A DNA stretch of 58,281 nt from IMG/VR virus record IMGVR_UViG_3300012942_000032, positions 1-58,281 of that record; one strand, given 5' to 3'. The number at the start of each line of letters is the position of its first letter. Position 1 is the stretch's first letter. The notes under the pieces are model-generated. The model did not search any database, was not told the DNA's origin, and saw only the letters and a program-made list of their open reading frames with translations. Positions 1 to 8,749 of the stretch are shown here, one piece after another. Made by a program: the position numbers and the translations under genes. This DNA comes from a virus. Lineage: Duplodnaviria > Heunggongvirae > Uroviricota > Caudoviricetes.

Positions 1-140
1 CCATTCTTTCTTAGCCACAGAGGCATGAATGTTGGAAGAGGTGCATGTGACATTAAATTCTCCTATTGTATCTTTTATTTATTCAATACGTCTTCTAAAA
101 TTCACTAGGAAATAATATACATAGGAAGTACAATACGATC

Positions 141-1259
141 ATGCACTTCATAGACAGAAAATATTTACTTCTTACCTCGACGTATTTAGAGGGATGGAAG
201 GAAACCGGCAATGATATTTACCGTTTTAGATGTCCCTTCTGCGGAGATTCTAAGAAGTCGAAAAGAAAGACAAGAGGTTATTTCTTTCCGATAGAAGATA
301 CTTGCAGATTCAAGTGTCATAATTGCGGTGCTAGTTTCAGCTTAAACAATTTCTTAAAAGAGATTGCCCCTGATCTTGCATCACAATATAGGTTTGAAAA
401 ATTCTCAAACAGTCATCAGAAATTTGAGAAGAAAGAAGTAGATGCAGAAGCGTTCAAGACAAATACGGCAGAAAGATTGAATGAAACATCAGATTTTCTG
501 TCACCGTTTACAAGGATATTTTCTTTAGATGAAGATCACCCAGCTAGATTGTATTTGACTGGACGTTTAATTCCTAAGGAGCATCAGAGAAAATTGTTCT
601 ATGTGGAAAGTATTAGAGATGTAGCATCAAAACTAGAGACCTATGAGGACAGATATCTTCCTGATGTATCAGCAATCTTAATTCCATTTTACGATGAAGA
701 AGGCGTTCTGACGTATTGTCAATGTAGATCAATTGATGAAGATGCTCCAATACGTTATATCACATTTGAAATTTCAGAAGGACTGAAAGTCTGGGGTTTG
801 GAGAACGTAGACTGGGATTCTGAAGTTTATGTGACAGAAGGGCCTTTTGATGCAATGTTTGTAGATAATGGTATTGCAGTAGCTGGTGCAAGTTTGTTAT
901 CTATTCTTAAATACCTACGCGAGAAAGCAAAATCTTTCACATTTATATTCGATAAAGATTATCAAGAGAATTACGAAGTCTTTAGGCAATTAAAGAATGC
1001 GATTGATCAAGGATGTAAAGTTGTTCTCTATGATAAGCAATTCGTAGGTAAGGACATCAACAAGACTGTAGAAATGAATAATTGGAATGTATCAGAATTG
1101 ATGAGATACATTAGATCAAGGACATATTATGGGCTTACGGCACGTCTTGGGCTGTCTGATTTTAAGAAACCACAAGAAGAAAGGCAGGCAAAAACTTATG
1201 GCAAAAGCCAATATCGCAAAGTCACATCAAAAGTCAAAGGATTCGAAAGGTGGGGATAG
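141..1259 (+). CDS. 61: DNA primase (T4 gp61-like)
   Basis: N-terminal zinc ribbon CPFCGD...CHNC; TOPRIM motif EGPFDAMF. Confidence 0.95.
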   Translation: MHFIDRKYLLLTSTYLEGWKETGNDIYRFRCPFCGDSKKSKRKTRGYFFPIEDTCRFKCHNCGASFSLNNFLKEIAPDLASQYRFEKFSNSHQKFEKKEVDAEAFKTNTAERLNETSDFLSPFTRIFSLDEDHPARLYLTGRLIPKEHQRKLFYVESIRDVASKLETYEDRYLPDVSAILIPFYDEEGVLTYCQCRSIDEDAPIRYITFEISEGLKVWGLENVDWDSEVYVTEGPFDAMFVDNGIAVAGASLLSILKYLREKAKSFTFIFDKDYQENYEVFRQLKNAIDQGCKVVLYDKQFVGKDINKTVEMNNWNVSELMRYIRSRTYYGLTARLGLSDFKKPQEERQAKTYGKSQYRKVTSKVKGFERWG

Positions 1260-1920
1260 CGGATTATTTGCTAATCTCTTAGAATTTTCACCTCTGACTG
1301 AGAATCAAGCGATTGCACGAAACGAATATGAAGATGGAAAGAATCTTCTTATTATGGGCTATGCAGGAACAGGTAAGACATATATTGCATGTAGTCTAGC
1401 TCTTCAAGATTTAGCAAATCATTTCGTTCATAAGATTCACATTTATCGTTCTTCGGTACCTACGAGAGAAATTGGTTATCTTCCAGGCACTGAAGCCCAG
1501 AAGATGGAAGTCTACGAAAAGCCATATATCAAGATGATCAATGATATTATGGGCAGGGGAGATGCTTATCAGATCTTAAAGACAAAGGACAAACTTATCT
1601 TTGAATCGACATCATTTTTGAGAGGAATTTCATTAGACAATACGATTGTTATTGTAGATGAAACTCAGAACATGACAGCACATGAAATCAATACTCTGAT
1701 TACTCGTGTTGGAGAGAATACAAAGATTATTTTCTGTGGTGACTTCAGACAGAGTGACCTAGATTATCGTAAATCTGGCATTAGCTTTCTAACTAAGGTA
1801 TTGCATAAAATGTCAAATCATTTTAGCATTATTGAGATGGAAGCTGAAGATATCGTCAGAAGCGACCTCGTTCGTGATTGGATCCTTGCTGTAGAATCAA
1901 TTAAAGAAGATGAAAACTGA
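1198..1920 (+). CDS. phoH: PhoH-family ATPase
   Basis: Walker A GYAGTGKT, SFLRG, DETQN, GDFRQSD and DIVRS motifs; start moved to the ATG at 1198. Confidence 0.95.
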   Translation: MAKANIAKSHQKSKDSKGGDSGLFANLLEFSPLTENQAIARNEYEDGKNLLIMGYAGTGKTYIACSLALQDLANHFVHKIHIYRSSVPTREIGYLPGTEAQKMEVYEKPYIKMINDIMGRGDAYQILKTKDKLIFESTSFLRGISLDNTIVIVDETQNMTAHEINTLITRVGENTKIIFCGDFRQSDLDYRKSGISFLTKVLHKMSNHFSIIEMEAEDIVRSDLVRDWILAVESIKEDEN

Positions 1921-2086
1921 AAACACCGTTGAGAAGAAAGTTGAATCCGTGGAATCATCCAGAGAGCGTCGTGAAGAGCGACGCTCGAAGGTGAAACTTA
2001 GAAATATTGATCTGAATTATATTGATGATGAAGATGATTTCGATTATTACGAAACACATCGTCATTCTAAGAGAATTTTGAGATAA
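1910..2086 (+). CDS. small charged hypothetical protein (58 aa)
   Basis: hand-translated MKTENTVEKK...KLRNIDLNYIDDEDDFDYY...; fills the phoH-rnh gap. Confidence 0.6.
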   Translation: MKTENTVEKKVESVESSRERREERRSKVKLRNIDLNYIDDEDDFDYYETHRHSKRILR

Positions 2087-2090
2087 AAGA

Positions 2091-2951
2091 ATGCTTTTAA
2101 TTGATATGTCCAATTTGGCTTTTGGAACAATGATTGACTACTGTTCCAAAACCAAAGAGAAGCCTGATATTGATCTTGCCAGGCGTTTAATAATTTCCAG
2201 AATTGCCGATATTAAAACCAAATTGAAGGCCTATTCTGATGAGATTGTTCTTTGTTATGATGGACGTAGGTATTGGCGTCGTCAATTGTTTCCTGAATAC
2301 AAAGGAAAGAGAGCAGAAGGTCGAGAAAAGATGGATTTCGACTGGGATATGTTCTTTCCTGTATATGAGCAATTGAAGGAGGAACTCAAAGAGTATTTTC
2401 CTTGGAAGAGTATTCAGGTTGAAGGCGCCGAGGCTGACGATGTTATTGCTGTACTGGCAATGATCTATGGCAATCAAATTGACGTTTGTATTTGGTCATC
2501 AGATCACGACTACATTCAAATTCAACAGAATGTATGTCCTAAGGTCAAACAGTATTCAGGATATCATAAGAAGTTCTTAACTCCTAAGAATAAATCCTAC
2601 GATATGTTTGAGCATGTTGTGAAGGGTGATACTGGAGATGGTATTCCTAATATCCTTTCAGATGATGATACGTTTATCACAAAGGGTAAGAGACAGAAAT
2701 CCATTACTAAGCTGAAGCTTGAAGAATGGTCTAAATTTGGTCTCGCTCAACCAGAAAAATTCTGTCCAGATTTTGAGACCTTGAAGCGTTTTGAAAGAAA
2801 TATGACGCTGGTAGATTTTCGTCGTATTCCTGATGAAATCAAATCTGAGATTGCAAACGCCTATCAACTAACAGAAGTTGTGAAGGGTAAGATGTTTTCT
2901 TATCTTGCAGCAAATCGTCTAACGAAATTGATGTCATCTGGAAACTTATGA
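2091..2951 (+). CDS. rnh: RNase H / 5'-3' flap exonuclease (T4 Rnh-like)
   Basis: LIDMSN, WRR..FPEYKGKR, EADDVIA, SSDHDYIQ and KGDTGDGIPNI motifs. Confidence 0.93.
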   Translation: MLLIDMSNLAFGTMIDYCSKTKEKPDIDLARRLIISRIADIKTKLKAYSDEIVLCYDGRRYWRRQLFPEYKGKRAEGREKMDFDWDMFFPVYEQLKEELKEYFPWKSIQVEGAEADDVIAVLAMIYGNQIDVCIWSSDHDYIQIQQNVCPKVKQYSGYHKKFLTPKNKSYDMFEHVVKGDTGDGIPNILSDDDTFITKGKRQKSITKLKLEEWSKFGLAQPEKFCPDFETLKRFERNMTLVDFRRIPDEIKSEIANAYQLTEVVKGKMFSYLAANRLTKLMSSGNL

Positions 2952-3205
2952 TCTACGAATACAAATGCGGTGCATGTGGTCATGAAATCACAAAACATCT
3001 CAGAATGGCAGATATGGAAGTGCCGGAACAAGAGCCTTGTGAGAATTGTGGAGAAATGAAGGTCAAGAGATATTTTGGAAATGGAGCAACTTATGCTTTC
3101 ATGAGTCCAGAAGGTCTTGGTCGAAGAAAGGCACCAGGGGATTTCAGGGATCTTCTCAAGATCATGAAGAAAGCTCATCCAGGATCAGTTATTAAGGATC
3201 ATTGA
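2948..3205 (+). CDS. FmdB-family zinc ribbon protein
   Basis: MIYEYKCGACG...PCENCG pattern. Confidence 0.8.
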   Translation: MIYEYKCGACGHEITKHLRMADMEVPEQEPCENCGEMKVKRYFGNGATYAFMSPEGLGRRKAPGDFRDLLKIMKKAHPGSVIKDH

Positions 3206-3206
3206 T

Positions 3207-3572
3207 ATGTCATATTGTAATGATTTCTTTGTGTGCTCTGAATCAATGTCATCTAAGCAAATAGATGATGCAATTGAAGCTCTTTCGAAGATGAAAGAGG
3301 AAAGGAAACTCAAGGAGTTGGCAGAACGCTATTTCAAAAATGATTTGAAAGTCTGGCCAGGTGATGCTATAATGATTGCAGCATTTGGAAAGTGCCAAGG
3401 TGCTTGTTGTCATCACGAAGGACATCTTAAGGTATGCAGAATTATAGATCCTCTCCGTCCATTTGATTGGGGATGGTATGTGTATTGTGATACTGCTATT
3501 TCAGATGATAAGAATAATGGACTGGTTGTCCTTGAATTAAGCGAGTATGGAAAACTTCTGAGCAGTATTTGA
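3207..3572 (+). CDS. hypothetical protein
   Basis: ORF packed into the operon. Confidence 0.65.
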   Translation: MSYCNDFFVCSESMSSKQIDDAIEALSKMKEERKLKELAERYFKNDLKVWPGDAIMIAAFGKCQGACCHHEGHLKVCRIIDPLRPFDWGWYVYCDTAISDDKNNGLVVLELSEYGKLLSSI

Positions 3573-3579
3573 AATTCTG

Positions 3580-3608
3580 TTGACAACCTGTGTTTACTCA
3601 GTTAAAAT
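3580..3608 (+). promoter_or_regulatory. sigma70-type early promoter
   Basis: TTGACA-17nt-TAAAAT. Confidence 0.8.
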
Positions 3609-3625
3609 AATAAGAAACTAGCATC

Positions 3626-4288
3626 ATGCAAAACATTGAAATCGTTCAATCTGTTCATGACTTCATGGATAGATGTGAAAAAGGAGAACTGAAGCCCTTA
3701 AATAAGTATCCTGGTGTTACTACGATTTTGAGTAAGACCAAAGATGCTCCTGGTTTAGATGCCTGGAGACTGCGCGTGGGAGATGCAGAAGCTGACCGAG
3801 TTCTTAAGGAATCGCACGCATATGGTAACAGTCTGGACAAGATGTTATCAGATTGCTGGAATGAAGGTTGGAATCTGGACGAACACAAAGGCGAGCTTGG
3901 TTACAAGATGTTCTTGCAACTCAAGCCACATCTAAAGCATGTTGATCCGATTGCAATTCAATTGTCGATCTGGTCAGATAGGCTAAAAGTCCGGGGAATA
4001 TTGGACTGCCTGTGCTTTTACAAAGGAAAGCTTACCCTGCTTGACTTTAAGAATGCGCGACACGAAAAGAAACCCGAATACGTTGAAGATTATTTCCTTC
4101 AGTGTACTCTTTATTCAATGATGCTATTTGATTTGTTAGGCATCCAGATAAAGCAGATCGCTTTATTCATTGGAGTAAGAGATCAGGCGTTTCCCCAAGT
4201 GTTTGTGCGGGAGACGAAAGATTATGTTAAACCAGCTATTGGCCGTGTTTCTCAGTATTACGGTGGGACACACACATCAATTGCCTGA
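3626..4288 (+). CDS. PD-(D/E)XK (RecB-like) exonuclease
   Basis: GVTTILS, RGILD...LLDFK and LQCTLY (QxxxY) motifs. Confidence 0.8.
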   Translation: MQNIEIVQSVHDFMDRCEKGELKPLNKYPGVTTILSKTKDAPGLDAWRLRVGDAEADRVLKESHAYGNSLDKMLSDCWNEGWNLDEHKGELGYKMFLQLKPHLKHVDPIAIQLSIWSDRLKVRGILDCLCFYKGKLTLLDFKNARHEKKPEYVEDYFLQCTLYSMMLFDLLGIQIKQIALFIGVRDQAFPQVFVRETKDYVKPAIGRVSQYYGGTHTSIA

Positions 4289-4706
4289 ACGAATAATTCT
4301 TCCAGAGGCCAAACAGATCCATTGTTTAGCAGAAACGATCTATCATGAAGCTCGCGGAGAACCTGTAGCAGGTCAACGAGCCGTTGCAAATGTTGTCATT
4401 AACAGAGCTTTGAACGAAGAATTTTTCCCAGATACACTTTGTCAAGTAGTACACCAGCCAAAACAATTCTCTTGGGTTGGACGGACAAAGAATCCTAAAG
4501 AAAACGATCCTGCATTTATCAAGTCCAAGTTACTTGCGGTAGAAGTAATAATGGAACACAATTTAGGTTTGATTGAATCGCCATATTCCATGTATAATGC
4601 GACTTTCTTTAGCAAAGAACCAATCAGGTTGAAATATAACAAGCTTCATTATTTGGGCATGATTGGACATCATATGTTTTATGAATTAGACCCATCAAGA
4701 GGTTAG
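4224..4706 (+). CDS. SleB-like cell wall hydrolase (Hydrolase_2)
   Basis: CLAETIYHEARGEP...VANVVINR...CQVVHQPKQFSW...IGHHMFY; hydrophobic N-terminus. Confidence 0.88.
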   Translation: MLNQLLAVFLSITVGHTHQLPERIILPEAKQIHCLAETIYHEARGEPVAGQRAVANVVINRALNEEFFPDTLCQVVHQPKQFSWVGRTKNPKENDPAFIKSKLLAVEVIMEHNLGLIESPYSMYNATFFSKEPIRLKYNKLHYLGMIGHHMFYELDPSRG

Positions 4707-4707
4707 A

Positions 4708-4935
4708 ATGAGTTATAGCGAGGACGTTCTACAGAAGATTGTAGAAATCGCTGAAAGAGATCGCTTAAATCTATTTGAAGCTGCTGCATCTTTCTGTGAA
4801 GAATTTGATATAGATCCTGAGGAATTTTCAGCTTCAGTTGATCAAGCTGCCCTTGATAGAATTAAGGCAGCGGCTGTCGCAGGACATCATGTTCGCCGTT
4901 GTGTTCAGGCTCCAGCGGCTACTTTGCCTTTCTGA
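4708..4935 (+). CDS. 33: late promoter transcription accessory protein (gp33-like)
   Basis: size, C-terminal LPF and position before gp59/gp32. Confidence 0.7.
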   Translation: MSYSEDVLQKIVEIAERDRLNLFEAAASFCEEFDIDPEEFSASVDQAALDRIKAAAVAGHHVRRCVQAPAATLPF

Positions 4936-4942
4936 GATAATT

Positions 4943-5149
4943 ATGAAACTCTATGTTGTTCACACTACTATTGGTGGATATGCTCACGAAGATCCGTCGT
5001 TAAGCGTCGTTGTTGGTGCATATACGGATCCAGAGGTCGCCAGAAGAGTTGGCACCGTTACTCATTCTGAAAGAACCACTGAGATTGAAATTGACGAAAT
5101 CAAACCTGGTGTGAAAAGTCTAATAGAGCAGATTTATAAGAATAGATAA
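4943..5149 (+). CDS. hypothetical protein
   Basis: ORF MKLYVVHTT...; start trimmed to 4943. Confidence 0.65.
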   Translation: MKLYVVHTTIGGYAHEDPSLSVVVGAYTDPEVARRVGTVTHSERTTEIEIDEIKPGVKSLIEQIYKNR

Positions 5150-5150
5150 T

Positions 5151-5765
5151 ATGTCAGCAATCCTATCATGTTTCAGAGACTATATTGGTCTCAAAGTTCA
5201 TTTCAATGAAGACATGATCTGGAATCGCAACATGGGCAAGCGCCTTACAGAAGAGACACTGTTTGGTAGAAAAGATTATCAATTCTTCCAGCGTTTGGCA
5301 TATCAGATTCCAGATCGTGAAGAAAGAATTCAGTTCTTCATTTCTTGTTTTCTGAATGACCCAGATTCTTGGATTGGCGAGATGCTAGACCAAGAAAAGA
5401 TGCACATTCACAAGCAACGAATGAGAACAGTGAATGCGCTAGATTATCATTTCAGAAATGATGTAGATAATATTGTCAACTTCATGTATGATACTAAGAT
5501 AACGGTTCGTGAACTGTTATTGACAGATGGGCAGTCTCCCCGTATAATACAGGAACTACCAAATATTATTGGTGGTGTGACAGATGAGACGCTTGCTTTA
5601 CTTGATATTGGGTTCAAGTATTGCAAACAGGATTCCTCAGATCCACTTTGGCATCAGAAGTCATTTTTGATTGCTAAATATAAGTACCTCCTCAAGTTAG
5701 ACAATGATAATTTGTTGAAGGTACAATACCAAAAACTAGCGGCAGTAGAGACGAAAAGTCCATAG
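5151..5765 (+). CDS. 59: helicase loader (gp59-like)
   Basis: YIGLKVHF...GRKDYQFFQRLA...NDPDSWIGEM; lies just before gp32. Confidence 0.8.
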   Translation: MSAILSCFRDYIGLKVHFNEDMIWNRNMGKRLTEETLFGRKDYQFFQRLAYQIPDREERIQFFISCFLNDPDSWIGEMLDQEKMHIHKQRMRTVNALDYHFRNDVDNIVNFMYDTKITVRELLLTDGQSPRIIQELPNIIGGVTDETLALLDIGFKYCKQDSSDPLWHQKSFLIAKYKYLLKLDNDNLLKVQYQKLAAVETKSP

Positions 5766-5791
5766 AAGACCGCAATAAAAGGAAAATAAAA

Positions 5792-6712
5792 ATGTCATTT
5801 GCAAATCTTAAGAAGTCATCCAAGGGTGCGTTTGCTGATCTAACCAAGAAGATTGAGGACAGCAAGTCAGGTGGTTATGGGGATGACCGTTATTGGAAGT
5901 TCGAGTGTGATAAAGCGAACAATGGTTATGCTGTAGTACGTTTCCTTCCTGCCCCTCCGGGCGAAGATATGCCGTTCGTTAAGATCTACGAACACGCATT
6001 CAAAGATCCCAAGACCAACAAGTGGTACATCGAGAACTCGCGTACAACGCTAGGTGAAACTGATCCGGTTTCTGAAGCGAATAGCGAACTGTGGAACACT
6101 GGAATTGAGTCGAACAAGGAAATTGCGCGTAAGCGTAAGCGTAACACGAAGTACATCGTGAACATCCTTGTGGTGCAGGACGCAAAACATCCTGAGAACG
6201 AAGGTAAGCATTTCTTGTGGAAGATGGGCCCACGCCTGTTCCAGAAGATTGAGAGTGCTCTGAATCCTGAGTTTGAAGATGAGAAGCCGATCAATCCGTT
6301 CGATATGTGGGAAGGTGCAAACTTCAAGGTCAAGGCACGCGAAGTTGATAAGCAACGTTCCTATGACAAGTCAGAGTTCGATTCGTCAAGTGCTCTGTTT
6401 GATGGTGATGATAAGGCACTTGAGAAGCTGTGGAATGGTCTGTATTCATTACAGGCTGAAATTGCTCCTGAGAAGTTTAAGCCTTACGCTGAACTTCAGA
6501 AGCGTTTCCTTCAAGTAACGGGACAGGTAGGTTCGGCCGCCGCACCTGAGAACGAAGGACGTGGTTCGGTTGACGTGCAACGTGAGAGCTCACGTCGTGG
6601 TACTTCACGTCCTGCAGATGATGACGATGCTCCTAGTCGTGAAAGCGCAAAGAGTGTGACATCTGAAGCAGACGATGAATATGCTGCTTATGCTGCTCTC
6701 CTTGAGGATTGA
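5792..6712 (+). CDS. 32: single-stranded DNA-binding protein gp32
   Basis: DDRYWK, NGYAVVRFLPAP, WYIENSRTTLG, NPFDMWEGANFK, YDKSEF; acidic tail. Confidence 0.97.
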   Translation: MSFANLKKSSKGAFADLTKKIEDSKSGGYGDDRYWKFECDKANNGYAVVRFLPAPPGEDMPFVKIYEHAFKDPKTNKWYIENSRTTLGETDPVSEANSELWNTGIESNKEIARKRKRNTKYIVNILVVQDAKHPENEGKHFLWKMGPRLFQKIESALNPEFEDEKPINPFDMWEGANFKVKAREVDKQRSYDKSEFDSSSALFDGDDKALEKLWNGLYSLQAEIAPEKFKPYAELQKRFLQVTGQVGSAAAPENEGRGSVDVQRESSRRGTSRPADDDDAPSRESAKSVTSEADDEYAAYAALLED

Positions 6713-6715
6713 TAG

Positions 6716-6784
6716 ATAGGGCATTTCCGTATTGGTTAGGGGTTATGTATGCGACCATAGAAGCGCATACATAACCCGCCCTAT
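6716..6784 (+). repeat. long intergenic hairpin (14-bp perfect inverted repeat plus 7-bp outer stem)
   Basis: GGGTTATGTATGCG 6740-6753 / CGCATACATAACCC 6764-6777; ATAGGGC/GCCCTAT; followed by TTT. Confidence 0.75.
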
Positions 6785-6797
6785 TTTGGAGAAGATT

Positions 6798-7391
6798 ATG
6801 GCATATACACACCTTTGTTGGGACATTGAAACACTTGGAATGAAAGAAACAACCGTCGTGACGACGCTTGCAATTGTTCCATTTACGTTTGAAGATGAGA
6901 CGACATATAACGAACTCATTGGAAATGGTTTCTATGTAAAGTTCGATATTGCTGACCAGATTAAGAACTGGAAGCGCACTACTACTCAGAGCACGCTTGA
7001 TTGGTGGAAGACTCAATCAGAAGAAGCTAAGACACTTAGCATCAAGCCTGCTAAGAATGATGTGAAATTCTTAGATGGTCTAGATCAGATTGAGTATTGG
7101 ATTGGAAAATCTGATTACGAATACAAGTACGGGTATAATTGGTCTAGAGGATCTAACTTCGATTTTCCAAAGATTGAAGATATGTTTGATATGGCAGGAC
7201 GTTCATTGCCATTCAATACGTGGAAGATCAGAGATACAAGAACCTATATTGATGTGCTTACAGGTAATGATCGTGGTGCATATGAGCTAAGGAATGGAAC
7301 TCCTAAGAACTTTATTCATCACCATGCTTTGCACGATGCAGCTCTTGACGTAATGCGTCTGAAAGAAATTTACTTCACTTTGGCAGAATAA
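6798..7391 (+). CDS. DEDDh 3'-5' exonuclease (DexA-like)
   Basis: WDIETLG, WSRGSNFDFP, RDTRT and HHALHDAALD motifs. Confidence 0.85.
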   Translation: MAYTHLCWDIETLGMKETTVVTTLAIVPFTFEDETTYNELIGNGFYVKFDIADQIKNWKRTTTQSTLDWWKTQSEEAKTLSIKPAKNDVKFLDGLDQIEYWIGKSDYEYKYGYNWSRGSNFDFPKIEDMFDMAGRSLPFNTWKIRDTRTYIDVLTGNDRGAYELRNGTPKNFIHHHALHDAALDVMRLKEIYFTLAE

Positions 7392-7402
7392 GAGAAATCA
7401 TA

Positions 7403-7684
7403 ATGAGTATTGAAGAAGCAAGTTTTACCATTCCTTCCGATCCTGCTGCTCGTGAAGAGATTAAGAAGGCAATTGAAGATATTTCTAATAACTGGACTAT
7501 TATCGAAGGTTATAAGGAAGTGATCAAAGAAGCAATTGCCGCCGTATCTGAAAAGCATGAGATTCCTAAGAAGTTCATCAATAAGATGGCTCGTGCTTAC
7601 CACAAGCGTAATTTCAATCAGCAACAGCAAGAGAATGAAGATCTTGCTACTCTGTATGAAACGGTGGTGGGCGATGGCGAATAA
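7403..7684 (+). CDS. dsbA: dsDNA-binding protein (T4 DsbA-like)
   Basis: helical pattern IEGYKEVIKE...INKMARAYHK...LYETV resembles T4 DsbA. Confidence 0.7.
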   Translation: MSIEEASFTIPSDPAAREEIKKAIEDISNNWTIIEGYKEVIKEAIAAVSEKHEIPKKFINKMARAYHKRNFNQQQQENEDLATLYETVVGDGE

Positions 7685-7934
7685 TGTCAAACAGTTTAAG
7701 CTAACAATCAATCGTAAACGTGTTCAAGAGATCTTCGAACAGATTGATGGTTATCATGAAAAGTCTATTACAGACGTTGATAAGCTGATTCAGGGAATGA
7801 TGTTTATTGCAGAACAGAAGATCCCTGCATATACACCAGCCGGAAAAGATATTAGCATGAGTATGTTTGATGCTTTCATTGAAAATCTTATCATCGCCGC
7901 TGTAGAAAAAGGATCGGTAGCAGTTAAGCATTAA
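7674..7934 (+). CDS. hypothetical protein
   Basis: ORF MANNVKQF..., overlaps the upstream stop. Confidence 0.65.
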   Translation: MANNVKQFKLTINRKRVQEIFEQIDGYHEKSITDVDKLIQGMMFIAEQKIPAYTPAGKDISMSMFDAFIENLIIAAVEKGSVAVKH

Positions 7935-7940
7935 GAAGAA

Positions 7941-8035
7941 GAGGGACCGGAATCCCCATCTGTGGAGCGCCTCAACAGAACAGAAAGCCTCGAGAAGTAC
8001 AATCGAAGGACAGCGTTGAGGATGGACGCTCAGTA
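7941..8035 (+). ncRNA. candidate structured RNA at the operon end
   Basis: GAGCG/CGCTC, CCTCAAC/GTTGAGG, CCTCGA/TCGAAGG and GGGA/TCCC stems; no convincing start codon. Confidence 0.3.
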
Positions 8036-8041
8036 ACATTA

Positions 8042-8067
8042 AAGCCCCTTAATTGGGGCTTCTTTTT
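8042..8067 (+). terminator. rho-independent terminator
   Basis: AAGCCCC-TTAATT-GGGGCTT followed by CTTTTT. Confidence 0.8.
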
Positions 8068-8076
8068 GGAGATATT

Positions 8077-8214
8077 ATGAAAAGCCCGTATGTATTGCTT
8101 CGTCATGTTGTTTATTGGAAAGGTAGAAGATATGTCTACCGTGTGCCTATGAAAGGTAAGGTAACGGTAGATCCTGGTTACTTCTATTGCCCATATATTC
8201 CAATCTTTAGATAA
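8077..8214 (+). CDS. 45-aa mini-protein with a gp23-like FYCPY motif
   Basis: GGAGA RBS; MKSPYVLLRHVVYWKGRRYVYRVPMKGKVTVDPGYFYCPYIPIFR; flanked by two terminators. Confidence 0.7.
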   Translation: MKSPYVLLRHVVYWKGRRYVYRVPMKGKVTVDPGYFYCPYIPIFR

Positions 8215-8216
8215 GA

Positions 8217-8243
8217 AAAAGCCCCGCAAAAGCGAGGCTTCTA
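8217..8243. terminator. bidirectional terminator
   Basis: AAAAAGCCCCGC-AAAA-GCGAGGCTT between convergent genes. Confidence 0.7.
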
Positions 8244-8266
8244 TCTTCAATTCTTTTTGAATTGTA

Positions 8267-8695
8267 TTAGCACGTGGCTCTTGAGATTTTCAACTGGCCC
8301 GCCAAAATACGAGGAGCACCGTCGCCATTGTTAACGGTCTTTGGAGTCGTCAGTGTCGCCACATAACACAGATTGCCACCAGTAGAAGCATCGTATAGAC
8401 CTGCTCCAGTAATAGTTCCCCAGTTTGCAGTCGGGACATTGAATGCAATGTCGTTGGTATTAGTGTAATCTAGATTAGTTCCAGATGGACCAGTCCAACC
8501 AGTTCCTGCTGCAATTGCTACACGACCATATGCGGTACCTGAAGTAGAAACTTCTACACCACCAGTACCAGCAAGAGCAGGAACAGTAGTGAAGAGAGCC
8601 ACATAAAGGGTTGCAGGCGGTGTATATGACGTATTCTTCAACAGAAGATCCATAAACTTCTGATGTTGATAGTTTGAAGCTGTACTCGATGCCAT
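8267..8695 (-). CDS. virion structural protein (tail-fibre-associated family)
   Basis: TLYVALFTT.P...AYGRVAI...NTNDIAF..PTANWGTITGAGLYDA pattern; late promoter upstream. Confidence 0.7.
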   Translation of the reverse strand: MASSTASNYQHQKFMDLLLKNTSYTPPATLYVALFTTVPALAGTGGVEVSTSGTAYGRVAIAAGTGWTGPSGTNLDYTNTNDIAFNVPTANWGTITGAGLYDASTGGNLCYVATLTTPKTVNNGDGAPRILAGQLKISRATC

Positions 8696-8749
8696 GTATT
8701 ATTCTCCTAGGTTCTTCACGGTTGCCATCATGTATTGCAACCTACAATC

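Noticed and set aside
3626-4288. Cas4 / CRISPR link
   Set aside because: It has a RecB-like core but no four-Cys Fe-S pattern, and no repeat-spacer array was seen in the window.
7932-8036. Read-through of TAA at 7932 into a further 33 open codons
   Set aside because: There is no read-through context or suppressor, and an open frame of this length is expected by chance.
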